A stretch of 64,000 nucleotides of DNA, taken from an uncultured Nitrososphaeraceae archaeon. Its GTDB lineage: Archaea > Thermoproteota > Nitrososphaeria > Nitrososphaerales > Nitrososphaeraceae. The translations under genes and the position numbers were made by a program. The notes below the pieces were generated by a model. The model saw only the letters and a program-made list of their open reading frames with translations. It did no database searches and was not told where the DNA came from. Shown one piece after another: positions 35,332-47,148 of this stretch (its first letter is position 1; each line of letters starts with the position of its first letter). The stretch is from the NCBI GenBank assembly GCA_963825865.1, contig CAWGVG010000014.1:64001-128000 (forward strand). The letters are read 5' to 3'.

Positions 35332-35933
35332 TCAAGATCTTCTAGACTTGTTCGGCACCGATATCCGTTGATACGTTTTCAACAGTAATAACCTTTGAAA
35401 AGAGATTTTGCACATCTGCCACAATCTAATAAATAATACAATATTGTTCATGTGAACTATACATATGCCAAAAATTCCTAAAATCCCTCCAAAGATCGCT
35501 AATGGAATATTGAGAGGCGGTAAGCTGTTAATTCCAAGCTCATATAAAGTAACTTGAAAGATTATTGTTAGCAATATAGTCGACGATGCGATAGTAGATG
35601 TAAGCGATGCTCCAATTTTATTTAAACCCATATTGTAAAATAAAGCTGAAGATAGAGGGACCAACGAAAATACCATCAGTAATGTACAATTTTGTAATGA
35701 TATCCAAGTTAATTTAAAAGAAGGAAATGAAAATCCACCACTACTCACAACGGACATAATATATACTGTAGACAGTGGAAATGTGGATGATCTCAATTGT
35801 GAACTCAAACTCCCATTTTCGAGAGTCACAAAAAACCTACTAATGCAAGTATTACTCCAAGGCTCTGCGGCTTACTAAGTCTGTCAATTAAAAAAAATCT
35901 TGCAAGAAATAAAATCGTAACAGTTTCTAGCGG
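35332..35933 (-). pseudogene. Truncated, internally deleted EamA copy
   Basis: High nucleotide similarity to 28460..29150; 5' third missing, internal deletion and a frameshift. Confidence 0.85.
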
Positions 35934-36056
35934 CACAGCTCTCTCTATTTTGCCAAAAAGAGAAAGATTTGAGCTTCTCTTTTTGAAAATGGTTTTTGAT
36001 TATGTATTTGGATTTTCCATTTTCATTTTGACTGTGGTTATCAAAAGTTAGAGTTT

Positions 36057-37660
36057 CTATAATTGTTCCGTATTGCCGTCAGGATATTTTATCGTTACCT
36101 CTTCCTTTTTTATATCAATATCTGCTTTGTTACATGATTCATTATCTTGTAAGTGATACTTATTTGACCACTTCGCATTTAGCTAGCTAATAGCAATTAT
36201 TCTGGTATGATTGACTGGCCTTCCTATAATGAATCACTAGTCAGACGTGGTCAGGTCCTCTTGGATTTTGATGTACTTGATGGATGGGATTATGAATTAT
36301 CTCAAATGAATCTTGGTAAGGTTGGTGAACCTTACGACTACCCAGATTCATTTATGCAGCTTTTAGGTTACATGAGAGCATATTTCCATCTACCATATAG
36401 ACAAACACAGGGTGTAGTCATAGCTCATGCGAGTAAAGAAGTACCAAGCATACCAGATTATATGACCATTAGTAGACGTATAAACAGACTGGAGATTAAA
36501 ATCAATGAAAAATTAGGAAATGATATTGTCATTGCTTTAGACAGCACTGGCATTAAGGTAGCTAATCGTGGAGAATGGATGCGGCACAAATGGCATGTCA
36601 GAAAGGGATATCTAAAGATACATGTAGCAGTTGACATCAAGAAGAAAAGAATCCTGTCTTTGGAGGTAACAAGTGAAGAGGTACATGATGGTAAGATGCT
36701 AAAGAAGTTAGTAGACAATGCTTCTGAAAATAATCATGTGAAGGGCATATTAGCAGATGGTATGTACGATAGCAATAAGAATTTCCGATATCTGTCAAAG
36801 AACCACATTAAACCTGGCATAAAGACAAGAAGTAATTCCAAAGTCAAGTCAACTAACTGTCATGCTAGGAATATGTCTGTAGTAAAACAACAACAAGCAA
36901 ACCTCAATGGATGGAAAAATAGCGTGAGCTATGGACATAGGTGGATGACAGAAACTGCATTCTCTTCTATTAAAAGGATGTTCGGTGAACATGTAACAGC
37001 TAGAAAATTTTCTAACATGGTAAAGGAGATCTTCCTAAAGGCAACTCTGTATAACATGTTCAATCGAATGACATAACCATCGGCTTAAATAAACTAAAAT
37101 CCTAAGGGATCGTGCAACAGAGCATCAATATCGACTTTCTTTTTTTCAGTAACTCTTCTTTTTCTTATTACAATTTCTGCAAGTTTGACCATTTTCTTAT
37201 TAATTTCAAACTCCTCTCCCATAAGAGGAATCACTTTTTCAGTTTCTGAAGCATTATTATCAGAAGAGGGGAATAAAGGAACTAGCTCTACTCCTTTAAG
37301 ATCACCTTTTTTTCTTACAGAAAGATTGACTGATTTGTCCGAATTACTGCCTATGCTACTACTCAGCTTATCCTTTATTAAGGAGAAAACAGAATTATCC
37401 TCTACTGATTTCATTTTCTTTCCATTAATATATACTTCCTCATAGGTTATAGGTACCTTGACTGTCTTAGTCTTGGTAACCCATCTCTTTTCTATTTTTG
37501 CTTCTTTGACTGTGGTTTCCTTTGAAATCGAGTATTCTTCTTCTATAACGGGAATTATTTGTTCCTGCTGTTGTTGTTGTTGTTCTTCGAAGGCTCCAGC
37601 CTCGTTAGTCAGCTCCACGGGATGGTCAACTTTTCCTCGTTGATCTATCTTGTTTTCCAT
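36057..37660 (-). pseudogene. YsnF/AvaK (DUF2382) domain protein interrupted by IS5
   Basis: IPVIEEEYSISK and VIPLMGEEFEINKK repeats; ...KKKVDID resumes beyond the IS as IKKEEVTIKYPDGNTEQL* (stop at 36057). Confidence 0.85.
36123..37124 (+). mobile_element. IS5-family element, type A copy 2 (intact transposase 36207..37076)
   Basis: TIRs TGCTTTGTTACATGAT / ATCGTGCAACAGAGCA; 8-bp TSD TCAATATC. Confidence 0.94.
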
Positions 37661-38690
37661 TTTCTGAATGCTGCTATATACTAATGGTAATTATAGGTTA
37701 TAACAATTGGAAAAAAATATTATCTATCATAGACGTTGTGCCACCGAGCACCTCGTTATGATCGCATGGGTGACTTAATCTCATAACAGCGAGTACATAA
37801 TGCACATTCGCAATGTCATTAACATATTGCAATACCAACAACAACAACAACAACAACAACAGCAACGGCAGTTCCAAGATCAAATTATACCACCATCAAT
37901 AAAGAACAACAAGAGAAAATCCAGCCAGCCTGGACCAATAAGGGCAACTACTACTACTACTACTGCTCAACTGCCCAAGGAACCAAGTAATGCCATGTGT
38001 ATGATTAGTGCGTTTATAGCTTACTTACTACCTAGTTTCAGGCTAATTTTATGGATTCTACAGTAATATCCTTGAGAGTTGGCCTTTCATATTTAATTTC
38101 TAGTGATTACAGACGTCTAACCTGTGGAGTATCATATTATTAAAATGGTAATCGGGATTAATAAAAAATACAGAATCAATGTATATATTTCATTTCGAAA
38201 TAGCACATAATCAATATATGCAATCCTTATGTATTTTTGTTATCTAATAGTTATCTTATATCAAGTCCATTATCCATTGTTGTAGCTTCTTTTGCTCTAT
38301 TGGCCTGCCAAACCATAAATCTTCAACAACAATGCCGCGCAATATTCTTGTTGTTTTGATAAGATCCATTCCAGTAGCCCTTTTGATTTTTGTTAATATA
38401 TTAACATCTGGAAAGCATTCAAAACTAATTTTGCTATTATTTATCAGAAATTCCAATTTATTATAAACAGCATATCTAATAGTTAGTACAATCCTGATCT
38501 TTAATATCCTTGCATGCAAAATCTAATCCTTGCATTCGTCTATCTGTAATTGAGCAATAGTTTCAGTCATAAACTACCACTATCAATCATACTTTTCTTA
38601 ATTATAATTTAGATGCTCTAATCGCTATAAGGATTTCATAAATTAATTTGAATTTTTATTAAGCTTAAAGACCATATAAATACATATATT

Positions 38691-39008
38691 ATGAGCAAAG
38701 ATGAAAACAAGAAGGCTGTCGCTGAAACATCAAATTCTAAAGAGCCTGCTACACTTCCGTCTAAAGCATCAGCAAAAGAAAATGATGATCCAGCAAAACC
38801 AGCTGAGGAACGAAAAGTGATAGTTGTAGAGCCATCTAAGACGGAATATAAAGAAAGATATCAGACTGAATACCCCCCCTCATCTGAAGAGGAAGCAAAA
38901 CAAGAAAACCAATCGGATTCTGCAAAAGCCAAAGAAGCAGGACAATCATTCAAAGAGACGATAAAGTCCTTAGGCAAAAAAGCAATGACAAAGGCAGAAG
39001 GGAACTAA
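38691..39008 (+). CDS. Hydrophilic K/E/A-rich hypothetical protein, possibly truncated
   Basis: Good ATG after an AT-rich promoter-like region; low-complexity charged composition. Confidence 0.6.
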   Translation: MSKDENKKAVAETSNSKEPATLPSKASAKENDDPAKPAEERKVIVVEPSKTEYKERYQTEYPPSSEEEAKQENQSDSAKAKEAGQSFKETIKSLGKKAMTKAEGN

Positions 39009-39251
39009 GGAATTCCGATATTATTGAGTCTTGTACAAATTTGACTCGATATTGCAACTCTAAAGTGTGCTGTCATTATCTTTAGCACTTACAAAAGGAA
39101 AAACATGTTCTATCCATCTTTACAGATCTATTGCCTTTTCTTTTTTTCTTGTTGTAAATAGCGGAGTCTATTTTTTCGTGTAAGAACTCTGCTTTCCATA
39201 ATCATAACGTTTTAAAAAAAATCTTTGATGTTTCTGCCTCTGCATGTTTAA

Positions 39252-40065
39252 TCAAATCCTCCTGGAGGATTCTCTTGACCAAATGGTTCTGAGTTTATTT
39301 GCAGAGGATTTAGCATCGTTATTATTTGTAAAAACCTCTAAAGTAATTGTTCTATCATAATCAATGCCTTTTAATGCTTTGACTGCTTTTTCATGATCTA
39401 TTAAGCCTTCACCGATTGAAAGATGTTCATCTTTCTTCCCATGATTATCATGCCAATGGATATGAATTATTTTATCTCTAAATGTATCTATATAATCAAT
39501 TACTGACTTCATGCCTCCAGACGTAAAAGCGTGAGGAATATCTAAATGAACAAATAACGAATCAACATTATTCAGAATATATTTGAATTCATCTATATTG
39601 TGTATTCCATTTGAAAGCGGAACATTTTCTAACATTATCTGTACTTGAGATTTTTTAGCATATCTTACAATTTCTCTAAGACTTCTGATCATATTATCCA
39701 AAAGGATCTTCCTTTTTTCTCCATAAAACATACCATTAAGGTTAGCATGAAAATTAACAAGATCTATGCCTACCTTTCTTGCTGTTTTAATTTCCCTCAT
39801 AGCTTGTAGGATCCAAGCATGTCTGATATAGTCATAATCTGAACACAAATCTATCCAATAGGCTGTATGGCCAATAGGCTTTTGCTTGAATTTATGAAGC
39901 AGTTTTGTTATTTCATGCTTCTTCTTGTCAATTATCTCTGGATTGCCTTCCGGTCCTTCTATACCTACCTCAGCATACTCGAAATTTAGATCATATATTT
40001 TACTTATCTCGCTTAATATTTCATTTGAAGGATTTGTAAGCAGTCCATAAGATGGTATATAGAAT
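39252..40065 (-). CDS. Sugar phosphate isomerase/epimerase (xylose-isomerase-like TIM barrel); start uncertain
   Basis: IMLENVP, HLDIPHA, HIHWHDNHGKKDEHLSIGEG and ITLEV; the frame is open upstream of 39848 (YGLLTNPS..). Confidence 0.85.
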
Positions 40066-40905
40066 CACTCAATATGTATAATGAAAGAAGAACAAGATAT
40101 CTGTTACGATTCTCATCAAAAAAGGACTTGTCTCCATCTTCATACTCTGCTCGTTTTTTTATTTTTATTTTCGTTATTGTTGTTATACTTCTCATTATCA
40201 TCATTATTTCGGAATAGAATATGTGATAATGTGATAATGTTGTTTTTGAATAATTGAAAGATAATGTATTTGCTTCTCATATTCAACTTTTCTTGCATTA
40301 ACAGATCCTGCCCAGATTTATGCAATGCTACACCTTTGAGTATCATAGTACCTGTTCACGTCCAAGTATAGTTCCTTTATGTCGAAAATTTTCTAAATCT
40401 TTGTATAGGCAAATATTCCTTTCTTCATTGCAACATTATCTTTGTCAATTTGTTTACAATATGGAAAGTAAATAATAATGACGTCTCATTTTTCCATATT
40501 GATGAGACAATGTAATTGCAAAGATATGCCTTACATATCAAGATAGAAAAGAGAGCATAAGCGGAAGTTCAACTGTCAACACTATGAATACATAATAAAT
40601 AATCGCCGTCATGCAGAGATGACTGTTAATGGGGGTTATACTTAGTATATTTCTATAATAGAAGAATTTGTCATTACCTTCAATAATAATAATATAAAGT
40701 AATATAGTTGAATTCTCTAAATATACGATAATACTCGTAATTACGTTTTCTTCTGATAACATGGATATACCTTTGTGGAGACGAAACTCAAGAGAATTTC
40801 GTTATACGTATTTATGTCAGTCATATCCTCGTTCTCTCCTACACAGTCTTTCTTATCTCTCTTCAATTGATAGATATATACATAATATAAATCTGAACAT
40901 ATTAT

Positions 40906-41412
40906 ATGGACAGTAGTGATGACAGCGAAAATGATAGTATAATTAACGAAGGTATCAAGCTTCTGCATGATATGAAAATCCAAGATTATAACCAATGGAG
41001 AATGAAGAATCTAACTGTACGACCAGATCTTAGGGGTCAGGATTTTTCTGGTAAGAATCTTTCTGGGGCATATCTTAATGGTGCTTCCTGCCTTAGGATT
41101 AATTTGTCGCGTTGCAATCTAAGTAAAGTAAATTTTGTTCAATCTGAACTTAATATGGCCAATCTTGAAGGAGCAAATTTAACTGATGCAATTTTGATGT
41201 ATTCTGAGATGGAAGAATGCAAGCTTATTAATGCAGATTTAACTAGAGCAAATTTTATGAATGCAAACCTTCAAAATTCCAATTTAACCAATAGTAAAAT
41301 GTCGAAAACAAATTTTGTCCAAGCAAGTTTGAAAAATGCCAAACTTCCCAATATAGATAAAGGTGCGGTATATCTAAAATATTCTAAATTAGAAGGATCT
41401 TCCTGGAAATAA
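40906..41412 (+). CDS. Pentapeptide repeat protein
   Basis: A(N/D)Lxx repeats; WRMKNLTVRPDLRG lead-in. Confidence 0.92.
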   Translation: MDSSDDSENDSIINEGIKLLHDMKIQDYNQWRMKNLTVRPDLRGQDFSGKNLSGAYLNGASCLRINLSRCNLSKVNFVQSELNMANLEGANLTDAILMYSEMEECKLINADLTRANFMNANLQNSNLTNSKMSKTNFVQASLKNAKLPNIDKGAVYLKYSKLEGSSWK

Positions 41413-41749
41413 AATTTAGCTCTTCAATGAAATATCTTCTATAGATCCAAAATAAGAGCTAATAGCGTTATCTACAAGTATGTCAATACTGCTGCAATAC
41501 TGCTATAATGGAACAAGAATACGAACTAACTGTTTTTCTTTGTATTTTGAATTAAATTATCCATTAATTCTCCTTGTTTCTTGTATAATGTTATATTCTT
41601 TGCCTGCTACTTCTAATTATATTTCTAGATAGACTAATCACACTACTAATTCCGCACTTGTGCCCTCTGACGCAATCGATTATTAATAACTATTCCAATA
41701 GACATTTTAGGCTCAAAAGTATCGAAATGCACATATACGTTCAAAATTA

Positions 41750-41866
41750 TTATCTACTGGATCTCGTATGAGAGTCAGCACAATAACCACAATAATCTGT
41801 ATTTGGTCTTTTGTGACATATACATTCACATCTGCCGCCTCCGCCACCTGAATATTTTCTGTTCAT
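41750..41866 (-). CDS. 38-aa Cys/His-rich microprotein
   Basis: MNRKYSGGGGGRCECICHKRPNTDYCGYCADSHTRSSR*, translated by hand. Confidence 0.55.
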   Translation of the reverse strand: MNRKYSGGGGGRCECICHKRPNTDYCGYCADSHTRSSR

Positions 41867-42278
41867 TATGTTATGATCATGATCACATGTATTTAATTGG
41901 ATAGTAACAAAGGAAGAAGTCTCTCTATACTACATCCAAAAGAAGTCTCTCTCTTGTTACTGAGATCAATTCTATAAGGTCCTGGCAACTTTAGAAAGAA
42001 AACAAAGGAGAAATAGCTCGATTACCCTACCTAATCCAAAAGTTGTTACTCCTAAAGTACGTAGATTAGGTTAATTAGGAAGATGCTTGATGGTGGGGAT
42101 GTTTTGGAGATTTAAGAATGGGAAAGACATGCCTCCTAAAAAAAGACAGAATTAATGGTTTGATGGTAGCCTAATCGCATGCATGAGATACATATTCACA
42201 GCGTTTGGACAGTTCACTATCACAGGTAATTGCATAGGTTATATAATCTCTAGCCGATAATATTGCTAGGAATTAACA

Positions 42279-42675
42279 TTGTATCTACAAACAAAAATTA
42301 GGAGAAAGCGAATTTCTGAAGTACTCGCAATCGTTGCAATGGCATTATTACTAACATATATTGCTGATGCAGCTATAGCACATGGAAATAAACAAGGTTT
42401 CTTGCCAATGAGCGCCAGCTCAAAGAGGAATGATATTTGGTGCCTCTACAATAATTTTGTTTCTTCTTGCCTTTGGAATAGGATTTGGAGAAAAGACTAA
42501 GATTACAACCATTTTACTCATAACAGGTGGTGCAATCATTGGAACATCTATACTGGGAGCATCTGCAATGGCTAAAGGAGGATTGGCAGCTATTCAAAGT
42601 TCATTCTTACCTGTAATTATACTAGGCTATATCATAATGGGACTTGGTTTATTTAGAGCAATTCAGAAAAAATGA
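42279..42675 (+). CDS. Four-TM membrane protein; frameshift near 42416
   Basis: Two overlapping hydrophobic ORFs that join as GFLPMSAAQRGMIFG. Confidence 0.7.
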
Positions 42676-43465
42676 TAATCACCATGGTAATTGCATTCAT
42701 CCTATATTATATTAGTTCGAGTTGTATTGCTGTTCTGCAATTCAAGACGAGTCAGTTTACATTCTGTTTGTGTAATGACTATAGATAGGCTTTGTTTATC
42801 ACTTTGCCGATACTGTTCACGAATAGACCGTTGCAATTAATTAGACCCATGTATATAGAGCAAAGAACATAGATTTGTTCGTGCAGAAATTGATAATGAG
42901 TGATATAGACTAAATTAATTAAATTACTGAGTGATAATAGCGCCACATTTTATTATTTATCATATCTATCATAATACTTCAATTCTATACAACTTCTTTG
43001 GTATGTCCTGCTGTGGATGATCCAAATTGTCTTTACTTTATTAATTCTATTTTGATTTATATTACCTAGTATATAGTGCATTAATGTTCGCATTGTGATT
43101 CCTATATGATTGCGCATGTGCCTCTGTTCCCGGCACAAACGATAGTCATCATAGGGCTGCTGTCACAATGCGAATATTCATATAGCTATTGCTATCTCAT
43201 TTCTTTTTGTAAATTTGAAGGTTGTTTTATCCAATCACTAATAGGCCTTGAAAATTTTGCGGTATTGGTAGTGCTTAAACTAACAAGCACTGACTCAGCC
43301 CAGAAGTGAATCTCTAATAAAGCCATCAACATTTTGGTTGAATTGTTTCTCATCAAACAATAGGGTTCCATTCTCTTCCTATTCTTTCACAAGAAATGAC
43401 ATTGCAGCAACCAGTTTCTGCAGTTTTACATAATCATCTTACCTCCACAGTCCACAATAATTAAT

Positions 43466-43801
43466 CTACAATGGTCCTGGAGCTGTTGGTAGTAATATGC
43501 CAACTATAGAAGCTATTATCCATATAATTACTGCAATTATTATTGATTTTATCCAACCCATTTCATACAACCACCTTAAAGACAATAGCCAGGCTATACC
43601 ACCTACGAGCGCTGCTAATATGCCACTTCCCAATAGAAAGTATGCAATAGTGTATATTATTGATCCGATAACAGCAGTAAGAAAGGCTACTCTAATTCCT
43701 TCTTTTTCTCTAAATAGTTTTGTAATAGTAAATATTATGATTGTGGAGATTACTAATCCTATTACAAAGCTAATTGCTGTCCACGCTGAAACTAGCACCA
43801 T
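43466..43801 (-). CDS. Small four-TM membrane protein
   Basis: 111-aa hydrophobic ORF. Confidence 0.75.
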   Translation of the reverse strand: MVLVSAWTAISFVIGLVISTIIIFTITKLFREKEGIRVAFLTAVIGSIIYTIAYFLLGSGILAALVGGIAWLLSLRWLYEMGWIKSIIIAVIIWIIASIVGILLPTAPGPL

Positions 43802-44062
43802 CTGAGAAATGGTACTTGCTATTCAATAGATATAATAGTTAATATAGAAATGCTAAGAAATATATGCACTTTTTAATTGTAAAATATATCTTTTTACATA
43901 TATAGTGCAGTATAAATTATTTTTGGACTCCAAAGGCTTAATGTTATGAATCCTGACATATTATTGGATTCAGTTATATACCCTATTTTGGCCATTTTCT
44001 AGTATAGAAGAAAAGAACATTCTATGCAATGACAATTATATCAGATTGAAGTTGGTTTATCC

Positions 44063-44206
44063 ATGACTGATGTTGCAAAAAAGGTGAAGAATGTAAGTCA
44101 GGATTTTGAAGCAAAAATGAAGACTGAGAAAGATCATCTTGAAGGCAAACCTAGTTCTGAAACACTTAACAAAGCTAAGATAAAGGCAAGAGATGCATTA
44201 ACCTAA
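44063..44206 (+). CDS. 47-aa hydrophilic small protein (LEA/CsbD-like composition)
   Basis: MTDVAKKVKNVSQDFEAKMKTEKDHLEGKPSSETLNKAKIKARDALT*; followed by a T-tract. Confidence 0.6.
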   Translation: MTDVAKKVKNVSQDFEAKMKTEKDHLEGKPSSETLNKAKIKARDALT

Positions 44207-44599
44207 CAAATATAAAAAATAGCGTCATTTTTTCCTTTTGCCATCCTTATTATAACCTTTTAGATATACTATTGGAAAATATCATCTATTTATAGATGAA
44301 AACAATGAAGACCACAGATAGACTTTACCAAAGATCCAGAAAACTATCCTTTTTAACAAGTTCTATCTTGCTGGAGCTGTTACAACTCGATTTATTCCAT
44401 ATTTGATAGTAATAGTATTTCTAACGCACTAATTACTTTAGCCATAGGATATTGTTTATATTCCGCTTTTTGCTTTGCTTTTTTATAAAGATATCTAGTC
44501 AAGATATGTCGATCCATTAACAGGCAATAAATTTGACTTGTTAATGCCGATTTATTTTATATCAATATCTAGAATCTTAACAAGAGAAGTAAGACTTAA

Positions 44600-44869
44600 A
44601 GCTCGACACACATTAAAAGATGCAGAGAACCAATTATGCAGGCCCTTAAGGATACTCACTTAGAACTTGCAGATACTGATAATATCATATTGATTAGAGG
44701 GTCTACAATGCCACTGCTCAGAGAATTGGTAACAACAATTATGGGTAAAGAAGAACCAGATTATGGCATTGGTCCGATGGAGGCAGTAGAAATGAGAGCA
44801 GGCATTCAGACAGGTATTATTTCCGGTGACGCATCAACAGTTTTTCTATTCAATAAAAAGTTGTGTTAA
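44600..44869 (+). pseudogene. Decayed internal fragment of a dnaK paralogue
   Basis: RCREPIMQALKD..IILIRGST-MP..IMGKE..PMEAVEM..GIISGDAST aligns with DnaK encoded at about 1380..1600. Confidence 0.8.
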
Positions 44870-45789
44870 TCTTTCTTTCAACTTTAATACATTGTTTAAA
44901 ATGTGCTTACGTTAGGGGAACTACAATAATTCTTCCTTCTCCTAGGCGAAAAACAGAATAATTTTTTTGTAGCCGACGAATAAACTTCATTTACTAACTT
45001 CATTCCTTCTTCAATATTTTTTGTTACTATTGGTGTGATTCTTGCAATTAGAATAATAGGTTCTTTATTGGAAAAATGGTCTTGCAATTCTGATAGCTGT
45101 GAATAACTGTGAATAGAAATAGTTTTCAGCCAGAGTTGTTGTTGTCGATATTTCTCTTAAGTTAGATTGTGTTGTTACATGCTGATCGGTAGTTGTATCT
45201 TCCACATTACTACAATTGTCTTAATGACTTACTACTAATAAAATGTATTATTACAAACTATTAAACCAAATTGTAAATTCTAAACTAATTTATATAATAT
45301 TCTATAATAATATTTTTTCTGATGGATAGAAAATTGAAAATCTTGTTTAAGATAATAATATAAAAGATATATGGATTATCTTAGACTAAAGAATATAAAA
45401 TCAGTCTTCTTGCACAGGTTTTCAATTTAGGCGGAACTTTATAGATAAGACCTTATTTTTCAATTTCAGTTTAAAAAAGCGTAGCGTGAGGTTCCAAAAA
45501 TTCTCAACTACAGCAAAGTAATTTCTATAACTATTATTGCCTGTCTATTGTTTGACATTTACCGACAGTCTTCCTTGTTTGGTATATTACTACAATATAT
45601 GTACTAATTATGATCAGCTCTTATCTGCTGTTTCTGGTATTCATTTTGCCCTTTTAACGTAATTTATAAATATCGTTAGTATATCTATGTGGCAAATTTG
45701 CATCTAACGTGTGACCATATTACAGCCTTTAGATACAAACAACAACATTTTCTAGCCTTCGTCAGACTCTCTTTGCACTGTAAGATATC

Positions 45790-46300
45790 CAAAGTTAAAA
45801 GCCCTATTGTATTCCTAGTGTTATATACTTCTTGCAATTTAGATGCGTCAGCCCAATGGATGTTTTTATTGGTAGAGCTATAGAAATTTCCTGGGATGTT
45901 TTGCCATCCAACAGCGTCTCGAACCTTTAGCAGAACAGTCAATATCTCCGGTGATCTGGTCACCATTAAATACAAAGAAATCAAGAGACAGTGTCTTCAT
46001 TACTGAGAATATTGTATAACCCATGTTGACACGTCTACAATAGTTTTGACCACCAAGAACTCCGCAAATAACGAAGTTGATGGATCTGTCAGATAAATAA
46101 TCTGGAGCTGCCTAAAATTCCTAAGATGGAATTTGAGACTACCATGGGTTTACCTTTAGTTTCTGGCCCTGGACTTACAGGAGAACCAAACGCGGTAGTG
46201 ATACAAAGTACCAGCTTAAGCCCTTCAAGCTTTGCATGCCCTGTAAAATTTGTTGTTCATTGGCTGGCACTGTTATCTGTGACTTTGTATGCAAAAAAGA
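45790..46300 (-). pseudogene. PhoD-family alkaline phosphatase remnant
   Basis: Fragments FTGHAKLEGL, YRVWFS, APD, LGGQNYCRRV, FSVMKTLSLDFFVFNGDQI and GWQNIPGNF, broken by indels. Confidence 0.65.
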
Positions 46301-46444
46301 GGAGTTAGCATCATATTGTATATGCATCTGAGCTTGTTACATAGTTTTATTTTTTATGTCGTAGTCGATTATAATAACAAAAATGTTGCTATATATTCGT
46401 TGGTATGTCTTCAAATAGGTATATAAGAGGTATTTCTATATATT

Positions 46445-46936
46445 TTGCTCATGGATGTCATAGAAAAAAGTAAGGAATACCAAAAAAATAACTATAATAA
46501 AAATGGTATGTCCGTAATTGTTATTATTATTGCTTATGTTGCCGTTATCGGTACTGTATTTGAAACAGGAGGTTTTAATGTGACTCAAGCCCAAGAGGAG
46601 GAGCAATCGCCTTTTTCTCCCGTATTCCCATTACCTACTTCGCCATCACCTTCACCTACTTCTCCTACTACTGTATCACCAGAGGTAAAAACACAAATGT
46701 GTGATCCTAATAACCCAAAACTCGAATTTGTTAATTCAACTGAGTCAGAGGTTTGTGGTCTTCCAAAATCAATAAGAAACGACACAATAACAACACCTAC
46801 GCCTACACCTACATCAAATCCAATATCACCTATATCGCCAAAGCCAATATCACCTATATCGCCAAAGCCAATATCACCTATATCGCCAAGATCAATAACA
46901 CCTTCACAACCTCTAACACCAGATGAGTTACCGTAA
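46445..46936 (+). CDS. Secreted Pro/Ser/Thr-rich protein with a small two-Cys domain
   Basis: TM/signal segment; MCDPNNPKLEFVNSTESEVCGLP flanked by PTS-rich linkers. Confidence 0.7.
   Translation: MLMDVIEKSKEYQKNNYNKNGMSVIVIIIAYVAVIGTVFETGGFNVTQAQEEEQSPFSPVFPLPTSPSPSPTSPTTVSPEVKTQMCDPNNPKLEFVNSTESEVCGLPKSIRNDTITTPTPTPTSNPISPISPKPISPISPKPISPISPRSITPSQPLTPDELP
46820..46891 (+). repeat. 24-bp coding tandem repeat x3 (PISPISPK)
   Basis: CCAATATCACCTATATCGCCAAAG repeated. Confidence 0.9.
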
Positions 46937-47148
46937 CTACTAAGTTACTCAATGATCTTCGTGATTGTTCCTGCTAGTATGATTCCGAACTCATGAAGAA
47001 ATGCAATTAGGATAAGATTATAAACGACAAGGGACAGGGCACAATCAATACACACATATGCTGCAAACGGAGATACGCTTGATGCTCTATGCCAAAAAAT
47101 TGATTAAATAAAAAACATGAAGAAAAATATTAGGAGCAAGAACAGTTT

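Noticed and set aside
28144-35933. Diversity-generating retroelement TR/VR pair among the duplicated segments
   Set aside because: Mismatches are not adenine-specific and no reverse transcriptase is present
37698-38066. Poly-Q / poly-L / poly-C ORFs
   Set aside because: Products of a (CAA)n microsatellite in decayed sequence; similar short triplet runs occur at 34053, 37568 and 61480
46820-46891. Mini CRISPR array
   Set aside because: Head-to-tail coding repeat with no spacers and no cas genes
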